A DNA stretch of 64,000 nt from Octopus sinensis (taxonomy: Eukaryota): NCBI RefSeq assembly GCF_006345805.1, contig NC_043001.1, forward strand, positions 23,064,001 to 23,128,000, written 5' to 3'. Below the pieces are notes generated by a model that did not search any database, was not told the origin of the DNA, and saw nothing but the letters and a program-made list of their open reading frames with translations. The position numbers were made by a program, and so were the translations under genes. Shown one piece after another: positions 36,801 to 52,868 of the stretch (within the stretch, counting starts at the first letter, position 1; every line of letters starts with the position of its first letter).

Positions 36801-38716
36801 ATTAGCCGCTGATCTGGGAAAGTGTTGCTTTTTAACCATGCTTTGACTGTGTTATAACAAATTGTTGGTATTAAAACTAAAAGTGAGCCATATCTATTAT
36901 TATTTATAAATTTCAGTAAGTTTAGCATGATTAAAGAAAACGTAACAGGCAATATTTAATCATATAACTGGTTTAAACGAATAAAAAGTACCAACAAGTA
37001 GATGTTGTAAGGTGTCTAGTAAATATACAATAGTCACAGAGTCTCTTTCTCACTCCCCTATATGCTTTTCTCTTTCTTTTCTTCTGATGAAGGACTATTG
37101 TCCAAAACATTAAGACATTCTCTCTTTTCATTGAAGCATTAGGCTAACACTGCATTTGTTAAAATTTGTTCCTCTTGCATTTTCATTTTTATTGTTCACT
37201 GTGTGTATGTATATGATTTTTCTTTGAGCCTTATTCATTTTCTTCTTAAGAGAGTTCAAGCTCGTTACTAACAAAGCAACAAGACTTTTTAGTCAAAAGA
37301 GTTTCCAGTGTTTGAAAATATGAGGTTGAGGTGTGCATCTGTTCTCCTAAAGAATCTCAAATGTCTTACATTCCAATCTGAGAATGTCTTACAAATCTTC
37401 ACTGTGCCATTAACAGATTGGATTTGGAGAATCTGCACCAGTTTATTTAATCATTTACAAGTGTGTGACTGAGGGTATGTGTGTGTGTGTGTATACATAC
37501 ATGCATACATACATACATACATACATACACACACACACATATATACACACATACATACAGTAGTGCTCTCAACTGGGGTCAATGTAAGACTTTATTGTTA
37601 AAATTTATGAGCAAAAAAATGCTTATACTTCTACAATAAACAAAATATTTTAGCAATTTTTTTAATACAATTCCTAATAATATCTAATTATAGAAATATA
37701 ATAGGATTTTAAGAACATCAAATGACTAGGAAACAGGTCAGGATTGGTGACAGGAAAGGCATCCAGCTGTAAAAATCTGCCTCAATAAACTCTTCCTAAT
37801 CCATGCAAGCATGGAAAAGGGGATGTTTAAACCAAGATGATGATAATCATAAGAAATTTGTATTTCTATATTTATGAATATTTTCAGAAAATTTTAGAAC
37901 TAAATAAAACTTATTACAAAAATAATGTCCATACAAGAAACTTTAAATACTCTTAGATAACTTACCTTCAAAAACCAGCTTCCAGCATTGAGTTTCCGCA
38001 ATTCATCAAATGTAAATGTAGAAGCATCATCATCCACTCGGTCGGGATATACTTCTTCAATATTGGTTGTTCGTCGTAATGTTTTGTCATGTAAAATAAA
38101 CGGAATTCCATCTAAACTGTAAGAAAATATTTCAAATGACAATTGTATGATTATCTGTGGTCAAACTTCCTTACTATCACTTCTAACCACACACATACTA
38201 TATTACAAGGGCCCCAGTTGATCTGATCAACAGAGCAGCCAGCTCATAGAATTAACATGCTAAGTGGCTGAGCACTACAGACATACGTTCCCTTAATGTA
38301 CCTCTCAGGGAGATTAAGAGTAACACAGAATGAGGCAAAACTGGCCCTTTGAAATACAAGTACAACTCATTTTTGCTAACCGAGTGGACTGGAGCAATGT
38401 GAAATAGAGTGTCTTGCTCAAGGACACAATGTGGCACCAGAAACCAAACTCACAGCCTTACAATCATGAGCCAAATATCCTAACCACTAAGCCATCTGCC
38501 TTCACTAAACCACACACACACACACAGAGTTATGGATAATAGATATTTTGATTGTTTATGGGTGGAGGTCTGGTTCTTCCACCACCATGTCATCATGGTT
38601 GTAAAATGAACTTCTAAGCCAATAATTACATGCTGGCATTTATACTCTTATGTAGTGCTTCAAGATGTTCTAAAAACAGAATATATATATATTATATATT
38701 GTCCCTTTCCCTCTAG

Positions 38717-38752
<36 letters not shown>

Positions 38753-39191
38753 ATATAAGATTCCATTGAATTAGGTACTTAAACATAGGCACCTTGCTAT
38801 GACAGTATAATCCACACACAATATTAATTGGATATTGAATATCAAGACTCCATGCAGGGGTGCTTGTACCTGATATTCCTGCCATATGTGCATACAATGC
38901 AACCCAGCTAAGTGAAGATATCTGCTCCTGATATTCTGCCACAGATATGTCAAAAGAAACAATGTAAATATTTTTAGTTCCATTATTGATGTGAAATGCT
39001 TGTATCCATTATGTTTGAAATCTATGCAGTTATCTGACGGGAATGGTTTCTTTCAAATGATGTAATGTTTTCATTAATCAATTAAAGGAGTTACTTGAAA
39101 TGGCTGTAATGAAGTGATACCAGGTGATACCTGTACATCTTTGTCACTCACTTACACACACACACACACCACACACACACACACACACCCA

Positions 39192-39232
<41 letters not shown>

Positions 39233-42200
39233 TTAAGCTTATCTGTACAGATTATTTATAGAGTTCAGAGCTTCAGAGCCAGTACTAAAAGTTATGTTTT
39301 GTATATGAATATGTGTATGTAAACAATATGATTGAAGATAGAAAAACAGGTAATGAGTGTAGATGCATATTTCAAGAGTTATTGACCTTTCATCATCCAT
39401 AAATAAACTGCTTAAATACCCACTAAGTTTAGGATATTTTTCTTTTATTTCATTTATTTGTTTCAGGCATTTGACTGCGGCCATGCTGGAGTACCAACTT
39501 TAGGACTTATTCTTTGTAAGCCTAGTACTTATTCTATTAGTCTCTTTTGCTGAACCCTTAAGTTACGGGGATGTAAACACACCAACATTGGTTGTCAAGC
39601 AATATTACGGAGCCAAACACAGACACACAAACATACACACACACACACTTATATATACGACAGGCTTCTTTCAGCTTCTGTCTATCAAATCTACTCACAA
39701 GACTTTGCTTGGCCCAAGGCTATAGTAGAAGACACTGTGTAACACTACTGGATAGACCAATTTACATATTAAACACATTCCTGGTAAATGGTGTGTAAAT
39801 ATTAATTGCTAGCAAGGTCACTGTATTTTGTTTTGCAGCCATAATATACTACCAAGTATATTAAAGGTTCCCAAGTCAATAATATCTTGCTTTTTGTTTT
39901 AACAGTGTGATGTTCTCATTTTTAATCTTATCTCTACAGATTTTCTATAGAGTTCAGAGCCACCACTGAAAGTTACAATGCTTTGTATACAAATACATTT
40001 ACAAAAACAATGCAACCAAAGACAGAAAAATAGATAATGGTTGTATATGCATGTTTCAATGCATTTGTAGACAGTTGATGGTTTGGATGTGGTGGTAGTG
40101 GAAGAGCAATAACTCTTGAAATAGGATCACCAAGCTCCTATCTAGAGAGTAACTGTAATGTGTCCATAGGGATGACATCCATGGTTCTGTAATCAACTAT
40201 GATGCAAGCTCCCAATTCAAATTGATAATAATGAAACTGGATGGTGACGAGAATCATTTTCTGTCACTAATTCTCACCTGTTTTTAAAGGGAGTTTTCAT
40301 TGCACTTGTCTTTGAAAGCATAGCTGCCAAATGATTTGTTTACTGGGAATTGGCAACAGACAACATTGGAGAGAGGGGCAGTTGATTAGATTGACCCCAA
40401 TATGCAACTGTACTTAATTTATCAATCCCAAAAGGATGAAAGGCAAGTCGACCTTGTTGGAATTTGAACTCAGAATGTAAAGACACACAAAATACCGCTA
40501 AGCATTTCACCTGGTACGCTAACGTTTCTGCTGTCTCGCCATCTTAACACTTGCCCAAATTGCTGTACAGATGGACTGAACCCACAACCATCTGGTTGAG
40601 AAGTGAACTTCTTGACCACATAGCTATTACTGCATTTTATTTAACCACAAATATTTCTAGTTATCAGGAATGGGTCATAACTGAGAAATAACTTAGAGAA
40701 TTTATATTTCAAAATGTATAAAGATACAATGTAATTTACCTTATTTGTACATCTGACTCAAATCCATAGACGCTTTCGTTTGCAGCTATTTGGAATGCAA
40801 CTAAAGTATTCTCAGGTGCAATCTTGCAAGAAAAGTTTTAAAATACAAAAGACTTTGATTAAAATTTGCTTAAATATATTCCAACAATAACATATTGAGA
40901 GATTTCTGGCTAAATAAACACTGTGTCTAATTTTAAAATATTGGTGAACTTTATTTATCACAATTTAATTACAAGGAAACAAGAAACAGAAAAAGAAGAA
41001 AAAAAGATGATGGGAGAGGGAGCAATGGGTCACACACCCCAGAATAAATGGCATGTTCAGCTACATCCCACAGATATGACTGCAATAGTATTGCTGCAGA
41101 GAATGGCTAGTGACACTTGCTACAGCAGCCACTTCACCTTGTAGGGTTCATTCTCAGACAGGCTGCTATTATCCCAATTTTGCAGGCAAAAACAGTAGTG
41201 CAGGGTCTGAGAACAGCTGAGGTCACAACAGTGACCAACACAAACTGATAGCAGCCCATCAGACCCCTGTATTTATTAATTCTTCTTTCCTTTGCATTAC
41301 AGACAACCCATTGCTCTCCCATTCCATTTTCTGCTACTTTATTCCCATCCTACTTTTTCTTCTTTTCCTGTTTTAAATTCAAGTGTTTTCTCTCATCTTC
41401 ACTGATGAATATGGCCAAGAAATGCAGTACATTAAAATGGAATGTCAATCTTTTAAAAATATTATTATTATTACTATTATTATTTATTGTTAAGGCAGTG
41501 AGCTGGCAGAATTGTTGGCATTCCAAGGCTATAGTAGAAGGCACTTGCTCAAGGTGCCACACAGAGTGACTGATGTATACTTCTATCACATTTCAATCAT
41601 TTTCCCATTTCTTCCTTCCTTTCCTTTATGTATTCTGTCCTTGTGATGTCCCCACTCATCTTATGTCCCTCTTGCTAATAAAAGAAATTAGTATTATTAT
41701 TATTATTATCATTGTTATTATTTACATAGGCTCAAAACTGGAAGTTTTGGAGAAGTACTCTATTCTATGAACCCTCAAAAAGATGGAAGGCAAAGTTCAC
41801 TTCAGCTTTGAACTCAGGAGAAAATACCACAAAGCATTTATTCCAATATTTTGACGATTCTACCAAAACCACAACAACAATAATAATTATATTCATTCCA
41901 ACTCATTGCTTTGTTTCTCAGTTATATTTGTATTTGATAGAATAAAAGATGCACAGACATATTAGATGCATCCCAATTTCAGCAGTGCATGTTCAGGAAA
42001 AAGCAAGTATCAGGGACAAAATTAGCATATGGAAGGTTCAACTCCACATATAGGAGCAGGGGTGATTTTTTGAGACATCTTTTTGGAACACAATGCATCT
42101 TATATTCCATCAAATATGGTACTTCTATTGACATGTATGATTTCAGACACATTCAAAGTTATCTCCCTTACTCACTCAACTAATAATATTTTACTTTAGT

Positions 42201-44086
42201 CATGTGATCTGTAACGGAAAAAATCATGAAAATAATAGATTTATTACATATATTCAGTCAACACCTCTTTATAATTACATTATAATTACTTTATAATTAC
42301 ATTTGGGTTAAACTATATATTATTATCATTATAAAGGCGGCAATCTGGCAGAATTGTTACCATGCCAAACAAAATACTTAGCAGCATTCCTTCTGGCTGT
42401 ACATTCAGAGTTCAAATTCAGTTAAGGTCAACTGTATCTTTCATCCTTTTTGGGTCAATGAAAGAAGTACCAGTTGAGCATTGAGGTTGATGTAATGGAC
42501 TGTCCCCACTCGCACAAAATTACAGGTCCGGTGCCTAGTAAAAAGGATTATTATTGTGGATGTTGCTCTTATTACTTCACTGTTTTCAATTTCCTGTTTA
42601 CTCATAAAGTCTAGAAAGAAGGACAATACCCATGACCTTTGCAGCACCTTCAAGACCAGTGAGTTTCATGAAGCTAATTTTCTGTTTCTATTGTCTTCAA
42701 GGACAATGTCTGATTGTTTGTATCTCTATTTCTATGAGTATTGATGGAACATGTTACAGAGAATTGTGTAGTGATATTAATTGGTCACTGGTTCTCAGAC
42801 ATGCTTAATTAATAAAATATCAATGATTTTGATTTTCATTTCGTTGAGGAATTATACTGAGAAACCTAATTATCTAAGTTTACACATTTAGATTTGGCCA
42901 ATAATAAACATCAACTTTTACTGTATTGTAACCACAAGGCTTACATTTAAAGTTTCCACAGGTTTTAAAGACTGTATGCCTTGTGACCCTGGCTCAGTTT
43001 TGAGTTGTTAACATGTAACTTAGTTTCCTTGATAAGCACTTTTCACCACCACCACCACTACCATCATCACCATCATCATTTAATGTCAGTTTCCCATGCT
43101 GGCATGTGTTGGATGGCCTGACAGAATTGGCAAGGTTAGGGGCAACACCAGGTCCTATACCTTGCTTTTGGCTTTGTTTCTACAACTGGATGCCCTTCCT
43201 AATGCCAAACACTTTACAGAGTGCACTGGATACTTTTTATGTGGCACCAGCACCAGTGTTTTTTACATGATACCATTACTACTGTTTTTTCACATGGAAG
43301 CATCACCACAGTTTTTTACATGGCACCATCACCTGTGCTTTTTATGTAGCACCAGTAAATTTTTACATGGCACTGTGGTTTTAGGATATCAATTCTGTTA
43401 TGGAGAATGGGTCTTCTAACCTACATGTGAGTTTCTTGTTCTAATGTTCTGAAAAATTGCCCATATATGGGCTTGTCAATCAGTACTTTCTTCATAAAAA
43501 TTTGAATTGCTTTCTTCACTTGCAGTTTAATGAGGTTAATAGTAGTGTCACTACAGTAGGTGAGATGTCTCCTTTACAAAAGTTGAATTTGTAATGTCCT
43601 GGCTAATGTGGAAAAGGAACTGTTATTTCATTTCTAGATAACCACACTTCTTAGTGGATCTTTAACAACTAAAAAATATTTGCCTAGCTAGGATTGGCAC
43701 AGGCTACTGACTGGTTTCTTCATATTGTTATGACATGCTCGTGTTAATCAGAAAAAAACGTTTACTGCTCTTTGTAAACTAAATAGCTTGAGTTGTATTG
43801 TGTCAGATGTTGTTTGTAAGGCTGTAAAGTAATTATCATCAGTGTTGTGGTCATCACCATCATTGTTTTAATGTCCACATTTCAAAGCTAGCACGCTCAG
43901 ATGCCCTTCCTGTTGCGAACCAGCACCTGTCTCCATGCAAGATATTACCCCTTGGTTAGATATGGTTTTTTCTTTCACAAAAGACAACAAATGAATCACA
44001 TCCTTTGTATGTTGGTGATGCTTGTTGACAGCTATCATGTGATGTCAAGACAAACACATACACACACGATCAGATGCATGAATGCA

Positions 44087-44127
<41 letters not shown>

Positions 44128-47100
44128 CAACCCATGCCAGCATGGAAAATGGATGTTAATCGATGATGATGATGATACACATGTTACTCTTTTACTTGTT
44201 TCAGTTATTTGACTGTGGCCATGCTGGAGCACTGCCTTTAGTTGAGCAAATCAACCCCAAAACTTATTCTTTGTAAGCCTAGCACTTATTCTATCAGTAT
44301 CTTTTGCTGAACTGCTAAGTTACAGGGATGTAAACACATCAGCATCGATTGTCAAGTGATGTTGGAGGGACAAACACACACACACACACATATATATATA
44401 CACACATTGTGAGACATGTTTTCTTAGTTTGAAATTTTCTTTTACAGTTTGCAGTCACTCTAATTTATTATAATGAATCTCTTATTTCACTTTAATATAA
44501 TTATTATTATTAATAGTAAAACTGTGAACTCTGAAAACTATTACATACCACACAATAAATCAGACACTTAACAATTGTACAAGTGAAAAAGGTAAGGAGG
44601 AAGTAGCTGCAGACTATTCCAGAGTATTTTAGAGAAGGAATGGTTCAGCATCAGCATCATCATCATCAGCAGCAATTAATATCCACTCTCCATGCTGGCA
44701 TCGGTTAGATGGTTTGACTGGAACTGATGAGCCAGAGAGCTACACCAGGTTCTAGTCTGATTTGACATGGTTTATACAGCTGGATGTCCTTCCAATGCCA
44801 ATTTGACAATTCAAATTCTTTTTTAACAGTTCATATGAAGAACAACTAAGTATTTTGGTTGAATATGAAAGCATCATGGTCAGTCATCAAAGCAACATGA
44901 AATTTTCAGCTAAATTTCCAACAAATAAGATATCAAATTCAGGCCTTAGCATAAAATTACTAAATATGTTAAGCAGGAGAATACATGCCCACCATGTTCA
45001 GTACTCTGAAATAAACTGATTTAGTGTCCAAATGTAGTATCATATTTGTAATCATCAATGAAACAACAGCAAAGGAAACAACAGCTAGTTTAGTCAGCAG
45101 CCCTTTAGCACTTAACCAGGCCATATCCAGTCAAAATATTCTACAAGTTTAATGTTCAAACTGATCAGATCTCGCATCTTCCAGAATGTCATATTGAACA
45201 CGAACAATCACATCATCAAAATCTCAAGCCTAGAAAATAATGCAGTATTAATTCAAAACGATGTGAATAAATACACATTACATCTGATTGAGTAATCTAA
45301 ACTCTAAAAGGTTAAAATGGCAATGAAACACGAGCCACATCTGCAGTTACTGAGAATGACTCAATCAACCTTCTTGTAAAGAAAGACAAACCATAAGAAA
45401 ACACACAATTCACTATCATGGTGGTTGTTTAACCCCAGGTCGGTTGTGACTGATTAGACCTATAACCAAAAGCATTCAAGACAGGACAATCCTGTCCTTT
45501 CAAGGGTATCTAAGAGTACATTATCCAATGTAACCTTTGGCTGCTATTTCTAGCAGGTCAAGTGACCTCATAATTCATTTAGCATTTAAACCGGCCATAT
45601 CCATATTATGTTCAAACTGACCAGATGTATCCTCTGACACCAACCTGACAATATCATTCTAAAAATTAACAGTTACCTCATCAAAATCTCAAAGCTGCAA
45701 GATAATGCATGATTAATTCAAAACAAAGTGAACAAATAAGCATTATTTTTGACAGAATAATATGAATGCTAAAGGATTAGTTTGTTGCTTACAGGTTCAT
45801 TAGACCAGAGTTTCTTTCAGTTTCTATGGGGTTTAAGAGTACAACACTCCTCCACTATAGAGAACTGCAGCCCATTTCAGGATTAAAACCACTTCCTCTG
45901 GGATTACTTTTCAGCTGAATGAAATGGGGCATGTGAAATGAAATGCCTTGTTCAAACACACTATGCACAAGATCAAGAATTGAACCAATGCCTTTATCAA
46001 AAGGCCACACACCAACATAATTGCAAAGCGGTCACATTGAATGACTAACTATTCATTAGTTTTACAAGTTGGGCTTATGTCTTTTAATGGGCAAAAGCTG
46101 CACCAGACTGACACCTTTGACTTCCTTAACAATGTAAAAGCTACAATAAGCTCCAGTGTACACTATTTATAACGAAAAACACTGTTCGCTGCTAAAGTAC
46201 ACTCACACACAAATTCAGTAAAATTAGATTCTACTCAAATTACATTCCATATAGCAACCCACCCAACTCCATCAATTTACAAGCTGAATATTGATCGAAA
46301 GACAATAAATGGATGTGTACTAACGATGTGTCTACTAACACCAAATATTCATTACTTTCTAAAACAAATAAAAGGAAATCTATTTTAACAAAAAACAGAA
46401 AAACAACAAGATACACTGAACAATGGTGAAAATACTATTAATAGATTTGTAGCAGAAGATATTCTGATATTTTTAGACTTGATTATTTAAAGTTCCTGGT
46501 TCTACAAGACATGTCTGAGACATTTGAGAACCAAACTTGATACTTTGCAATATTCAATATAAGTGTAGACATCACTGTGTGGTTAAAAAGTTTCCTTCCC
46601 AACTGCATGGTTTCAGGTTCAGTCCCACTGTGTAACGTCTTGGGTGTCTTCTACTTTAACCCTGTCAATATACATATGCTTCAGAGAAAAGCATTAGTCA
46701 AGTAGAGAGTGTAATAAGAGATTACATAAATGACAAGAGAACCAGAAATTACGTTATGAACTTCATTATCTTACAGCTGTTTCTGCTACAAGATGCAAGG
46801 AACTCATAGTTGAGTGTTTGAGTATCACCTTATAATAGAAACAGTGGTAACCTAATGAAGTTCATTACATCATTTCTTGTTCCTTATCATTTATATTTGT
46901 TTGTTTGTTTGTGTGTGTGTGTGAGAAAGAGGGAGAGAGAGTATGTATACATTTATGTCGCCTTGTCTTGACAACACATGATAGTTGTGTCACTGTCATA
47001 CAAAGTAGTATCATTCATTACCAATATTCTGCATAAACCTGTCCACTGATGGGGTAATAGTGATTTGCATGGAAGCAGGTAAGGGTTGGTGACAGGAAGG

Positions 47101-49978
47101 GCATCCAGCAATAGAAAAATCGGTCTCATTAAGCTCCATCTGACTCATGTAAGTATTGCAAAGTGGTCATTAACTCTTTCGTTACCAACCCGGCCAAAAC
47201 CAGCTCTGGCTCTTGTTTTCATAAGTTTTGCATTAAAATATACCACCAAACCTTAGTCGCAATTTATGTTCCTAACACTAGTTTAATGATAACTAAGTTA
47301 TTTTACTAAATTCTTTGTTATATTTAAAATAATTGAAAGAAACACAGAGCATCTCAAAATAAATACAATAACGAAAGGGTTAAAACTATGATGATGATAT
47401 TGATTTTCCATTTCTTTCCATTTGAATGTTATAAGAGATAAAATCTTCCATTTTTATCTTTCTGTAGTTAATGAACCAAGAACATACTACTAAAAATAAT
47501 CATTATTTTAGAGCTTTAAAATAAATAAGCGAATACATACCCCTGACGCACCTCGGTGGGCAAATAATCTTGGTTTGGAAGGCAAACTATCTGCTGGTCG
47601 AACACATGGAGATTCAATAAACAGTGGAATGACATACAGGCCAACTAGAATTGCCATGTATGCTACTAAAGTTAACAGTTTTAAACCTATATGGGAAAGA
47701 AAACAAAAAAAAGCAATATTATATTATTTGGTTCCATTCAATAGTGAACAAAATTACAAGGAACAACGGTAAGCTTCTGTGTGAAGGTAAATGTGCATGA
47801 ATGCAAGCATGCATGCATTCATATATACATACATAGATATGTATGTACATACATACATATGTACATATACACACACATACATACATCAGTACCGGTGACA
47901 TGTGACAGCAACAGCACTGGTAACACATAAGAGGCACCCATGCCACAGACACATAAAAGGCGCCCAGTACAGAGTGGATGGTGTTAGGAAGGGCATCCTG
48001 CCATAGAGACCAAGCTGAAATAGACTGGAGCTTGATACAGCTCTCTGGCATACTAGTACCTGTCAAACTGTCTTACTCATGCCAGCATTGAAAATGGACA
48101 CTAAATGATGCTGGAGATGATGGTGATGATATATATATATATATATAGGAACAAGCAAAACATGTTTGGTCATGGGGAAATAGTCCATTGTTTGGAAACT
48201 AGTGACAGTTGGCAAGAGGAAGAGCACCCAGCCAAAGAAAATTTACCTTAATAGACTCCAACCAACCAATGCAAGCATGGAAAACAGGACGTGATGATGA
48301 TGATGGTGGTGGTGGTGGTGATGCGTATGATGATGATGATGATGATGATGATATATTTGAAAACACTGAATAAGGGTGATTTTTCTGATAATTTGATGAG
48401 TAGATGTTTGCAAAGTGTCATTTTGTAAAATTCTCATCATTAAAGGAGAAAATAACTGGTTTACAGAGAAATTGAGGCAAACATAAAAATAGTTGTCTAG
48501 TCTAATTTTGGGGTGCTGTGGAAGAGGTAAACCTATGAAGATATTGGATCTTCAAATGTGGGGTCTCATGGAGGTAATGACAAGCAATTGTGACCTCTGG
48601 TGATTTGCTGTGCTTGAGAAGACTAATCAAGTGAAATCATAGTTGTGGGTATTGTTGGTGACACATAAAAGGCACTAACTAAACTCTTGGAGTGGTTGAC
48701 ATTAGGAAGAGCATCCAGCCATGGAAACCAAGCCAAAATCAAACTGGAGCCTGGTACAGCTCTCCAGCTTATCAGATCCAGTCAAACTGTCTAACCCATG
48801 CCATCAGGGAGGAAAGTGTACACTAAATGATGATGATGAGTATGTATGTGTATATATATAAACTAAGTCAGATTAAAATGTAGGAAGCAAGATATGGTCA
48901 CCTGGCCTGTCTCAGGCCATTACAACCTGCTCTGCTCACATTATGTTGTGGCAAGAGTCACAACAGCCCCTGCGAGAATAGACTTGATTGAATCACTATA
49001 AACAGTAGCGGTCTGAGTGAAAGACAGAGAAGAGGCATTAATTGCAGGAAGTCATAAGGTTTCGTTTTGGTAGTTTGTCAGAATATCATTTGTTGATTCA
49101 TGAACAGTTCAAGGAGAGTTTGTTGGAATGTTATGTTGTTACCCTGCTTCGTTATATGTTTATTGTTACTACATGGTTATAGTGTAAACAAGTATCGTCA
49201 TAATTAGTGGTGATACTACAATAATTGGTGACGAGTAACTACATTACAATATTATTATCAAGGAAAGAAAGCATAAAACCAAGATGAAAATGATGATGAC
49301 GATGAGGAGTGTGTGTGTGTGTGTATCTGCAAGTCTGTGTTTTTATTAACTCAATAAAATCATTACCCTATACTTGGCTATTGTTATAATTGTGTAAGAG
49401 GAGTAGAAATGGTGGCAGATTACATGCAATGCAGTGTTTAGTTGAAACCTTCCCATTCTGAAATCAAATTATATTTTATTCGTTTCTTTTTTTCCTTTTT
49501 ATTTCAGTATAAATTTTGTTTACAGTTATACATGTATTCACAATTTTATGAAAAAAAAAAATTAAAAAAGGGACATCAGAATTGAACTATGAAATCCAGA
49601 AATCCAGATGGGATCAATAGTTTACTTAGGATCACATTCATGGAGATCGGCAAAGGATCCAACAACAACAAAAAAATCTGATCTCTAAACAACTCGCCAA
49701 GTTACAGATACTCTTCTGATTCTCACAGAAGACAAACTGAACAAAATAACTGGTTCATGAGCTAGAAACTTGTAACCAATGATGCTATTGTTCACAAGTT
49801 GCAATATAAAATATACGAATCCTGCTTTTAACTGTTATCTAAATGCTGATCAATCACACACAAAAGAAAAGAAACTCATAATCCTATTTTTTATAGTCTA
49901 AGTAAAGGTAAATCTATTTGTCAATATATATAAATATCTATTTTCTTGTTTATCTTCTGAATATATTTAGTTTTTGTA

Positions 49979-50038
<60 letters not shown>

Positions 50039-52810
50039 GTGTGTGTGTGTGTATGTACATATTTATATATATCAAGCCTTATCTACATCACTAATCCTTT
50101 ATTCATGGTCACTGGGACTGTTGGCAAGAAGTAAGGAAGTCACTCTCAAAAACAAAATCTGTAGAAAACATGTAAAAAAAATCTGAAATCTACTGAAGAC
50201 TCCCAAGAACCAGGTGGTGGTGGTAGCAGGATTAAACTGGTCAAAGGATTAAGCCAACCACCTAAGGATTCAGAACACAAACAACCAGAACAAATTCCAC
50301 AATGCATCACATCTGATGGTCTAACGATCCTGTCAACCCCCTACGATGCACTCAGAGTTTATCTTATTAACCCTTCCAAAAGGATGGAAGAGAAAGTTGA
50401 CCTCAGTGAGATTCGAACTTAGGAATATAGATAGGTGAATCAAATGCCATTTATGCTACACTAACAAGGTATGAACACCAGAAAATTAGGAAAATGAAAA
50501 GTGTCATTGTATTTGAGATAGAATTTAATAAGTCTGTTTTCTTTAACGACAACATTTTCAGAAATAAATTTGTATATGTCTGACAAAGATTTTTGAAATG
50601 ACAAAATATACTTACAGAATTGGTCTAAGCTGTACCACTGTCTTATCAGAATACAAGAGAGAATAGTAAAGATCACAACCAGACCAATATGAATAAAAGG
50701 ACCGACTATCTGGAAAAATAATCAAAGAAAATAACTCAACTAAAAAATAATAACCGTAATAGTAAATTCATCATCATTGTTTTAACATCTACTTTTCCAT
50801 GCTTGCATGGGTTAGATGCAATTTGTTAAGGCAAGCTTTCTAGTGCTAGATGTCCTTCATATTGCCAATTTCGATCCGTTTCTAAGTAAGGTAGTATTTC
50901 TCCATGACTACACATATTTCCACAGAAGATTGGAAAAGAATGATATTGCTTGTATGATGGTGCCACTTGTTTCCAACTATCACATGATGCCAAGGACAAA
51001 ATGTTGTCCACACACACACATGCGCATACACACAGATGCACACTCAGTGGGATTCTTTCAGTTTCTCTCTGCCAAATCCATTCACAAGGTCATTGTAGGA
51101 GATACTTGCCCAAGGTGTCACACAGTGGGGCTAAATCTGAAACCATGTGGTCAGGAAACAAACTTCATATTATGCAGCTACATCTGTGCCTACAGCCACA
51201 ACTGATACTCCATATGATATCTATGTCAAAAAAGTATCCACTATACTGCTTTGTAAAGACTTTCCTTTCATAATTGTGACAATTTGATCTTAGAATTGAT
51301 TCTATAGACTATATTTCCATTGTTTTTTTTCACTTTGCTAATATTATCTATCAGCTACAATTCCTGACAGAAGTATCACCTTTTTTGTGGAACATAGTGA
51401 CAATAGGAACAATGAAAATTTCAACTCAGAATGCACAAATCCAGAACTGATACTGCAAGGCATTTAGTTCAATACTCTAACACTTAAACTAATCAATCAC
51501 TCAAAAGTTGACTTCACTGGGATTTGAACTGGAATATATACCATGAGGCATTCTATCTAACACTGAAACAATTTTGCCAATTTGCTGCCTGTACAAACAG
51601 AAGTATGACTTCTACTGTTGGGTTTAGAGCTCTATGTACTTTAACATCATCCAGTTTGCTTCCAGTATAATGGTTAAACTGCTACAATACTGAGTAGTAT
51701 AACTAGTAATGATATACAGAGCAAATGTAGGAGAAATTATCATAAACACAGACATATTATCCTTTTTCAATTACTAATTCCACTCATTAGAATGTAGCCA
51801 TACCAGGCCACTACCTTGAAGTATTTTAGTCGAGTGAATCAACCCTAGTACGTCCTTTATTTTTTTTTTTTAAGCCTGATACTTATTCTATCAGTGTTTT
51901 TTTCCAAACTGCTATTACAGGCATAAACACATAAATACACTGGTTGTCAAGTGGTAGTGCGGGACAAACACAGACATACACATGCATGCACACACAATGG
52001 GTTTCTTTCAGGTTCCATCTACTAAATTCACACATATGACTTCGGTCAACTCAAGGCTATATGTATGTAATTCTGAAAGAGACTAATAATAGTCGCAAGA
52101 AAATAACATTACTTAATATATATTTATTACATATTTTCTAATCATTAACAAAAGAAATATAATTTGGAGAAAAATGTTTCAAATATAATAGAGACTTACT
52201 TGAAATGATAGTTTCAGCATTGCCCACTCAGATGGCCAGAGAGTATTCATGGCTATTGTGAAGCCAATGCAACTCAAAAGACTGATGATTATCATCGCTA
52301 CATGGAATGGATGTATATATAACTGATGTCCCACATAAATGTGACATATTGATAGACCCTGTTAATGATAACATAAAATAGATGGAAGCACTGAAATAAT
52401 GTTAAGTTACAGCATGAGGTGAAAATGGATTAAAGGGAAATTATAATCTTAAAGTTTATAAAATGGAGATATTAAAAAAAAAATTATTTGTGATTAATTC
52501 CAAATGACAACTTAGTGAGATCTGTTTGGTATGAGGGTCCTTAATTTGCTGCCACACAGTGTGACTGAAGCTGAACCATGTGGTTAGGAAGTGAATTTCT
52601 TAACTACATAGACATGTCCATACACACACAGACACACATACACATGGGTGTGAAATTGTGAAGATTGGTTTATAACTGATAAGGGATGAGAGTATCCATG
52701 TTTTTTGTGTTTTTTCCTGTTTTCCATGTGTTCTTTTGTTTCTTTCCATGTAACTTCTTTCTCTCTCTCTCTCAATATACAGACACACACAATATGCACA
52801 CAAACACACA

Positions 52811-52868
<58 letters not shown>

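Noticed and set aside
33719-47686. GDPD domain as a secreted venom phospholipase D-like toxin
   Set aside because: The domain is preceded by multiple TM exons in the GDE2-type arrangement; no signal-peptide-only architecture.
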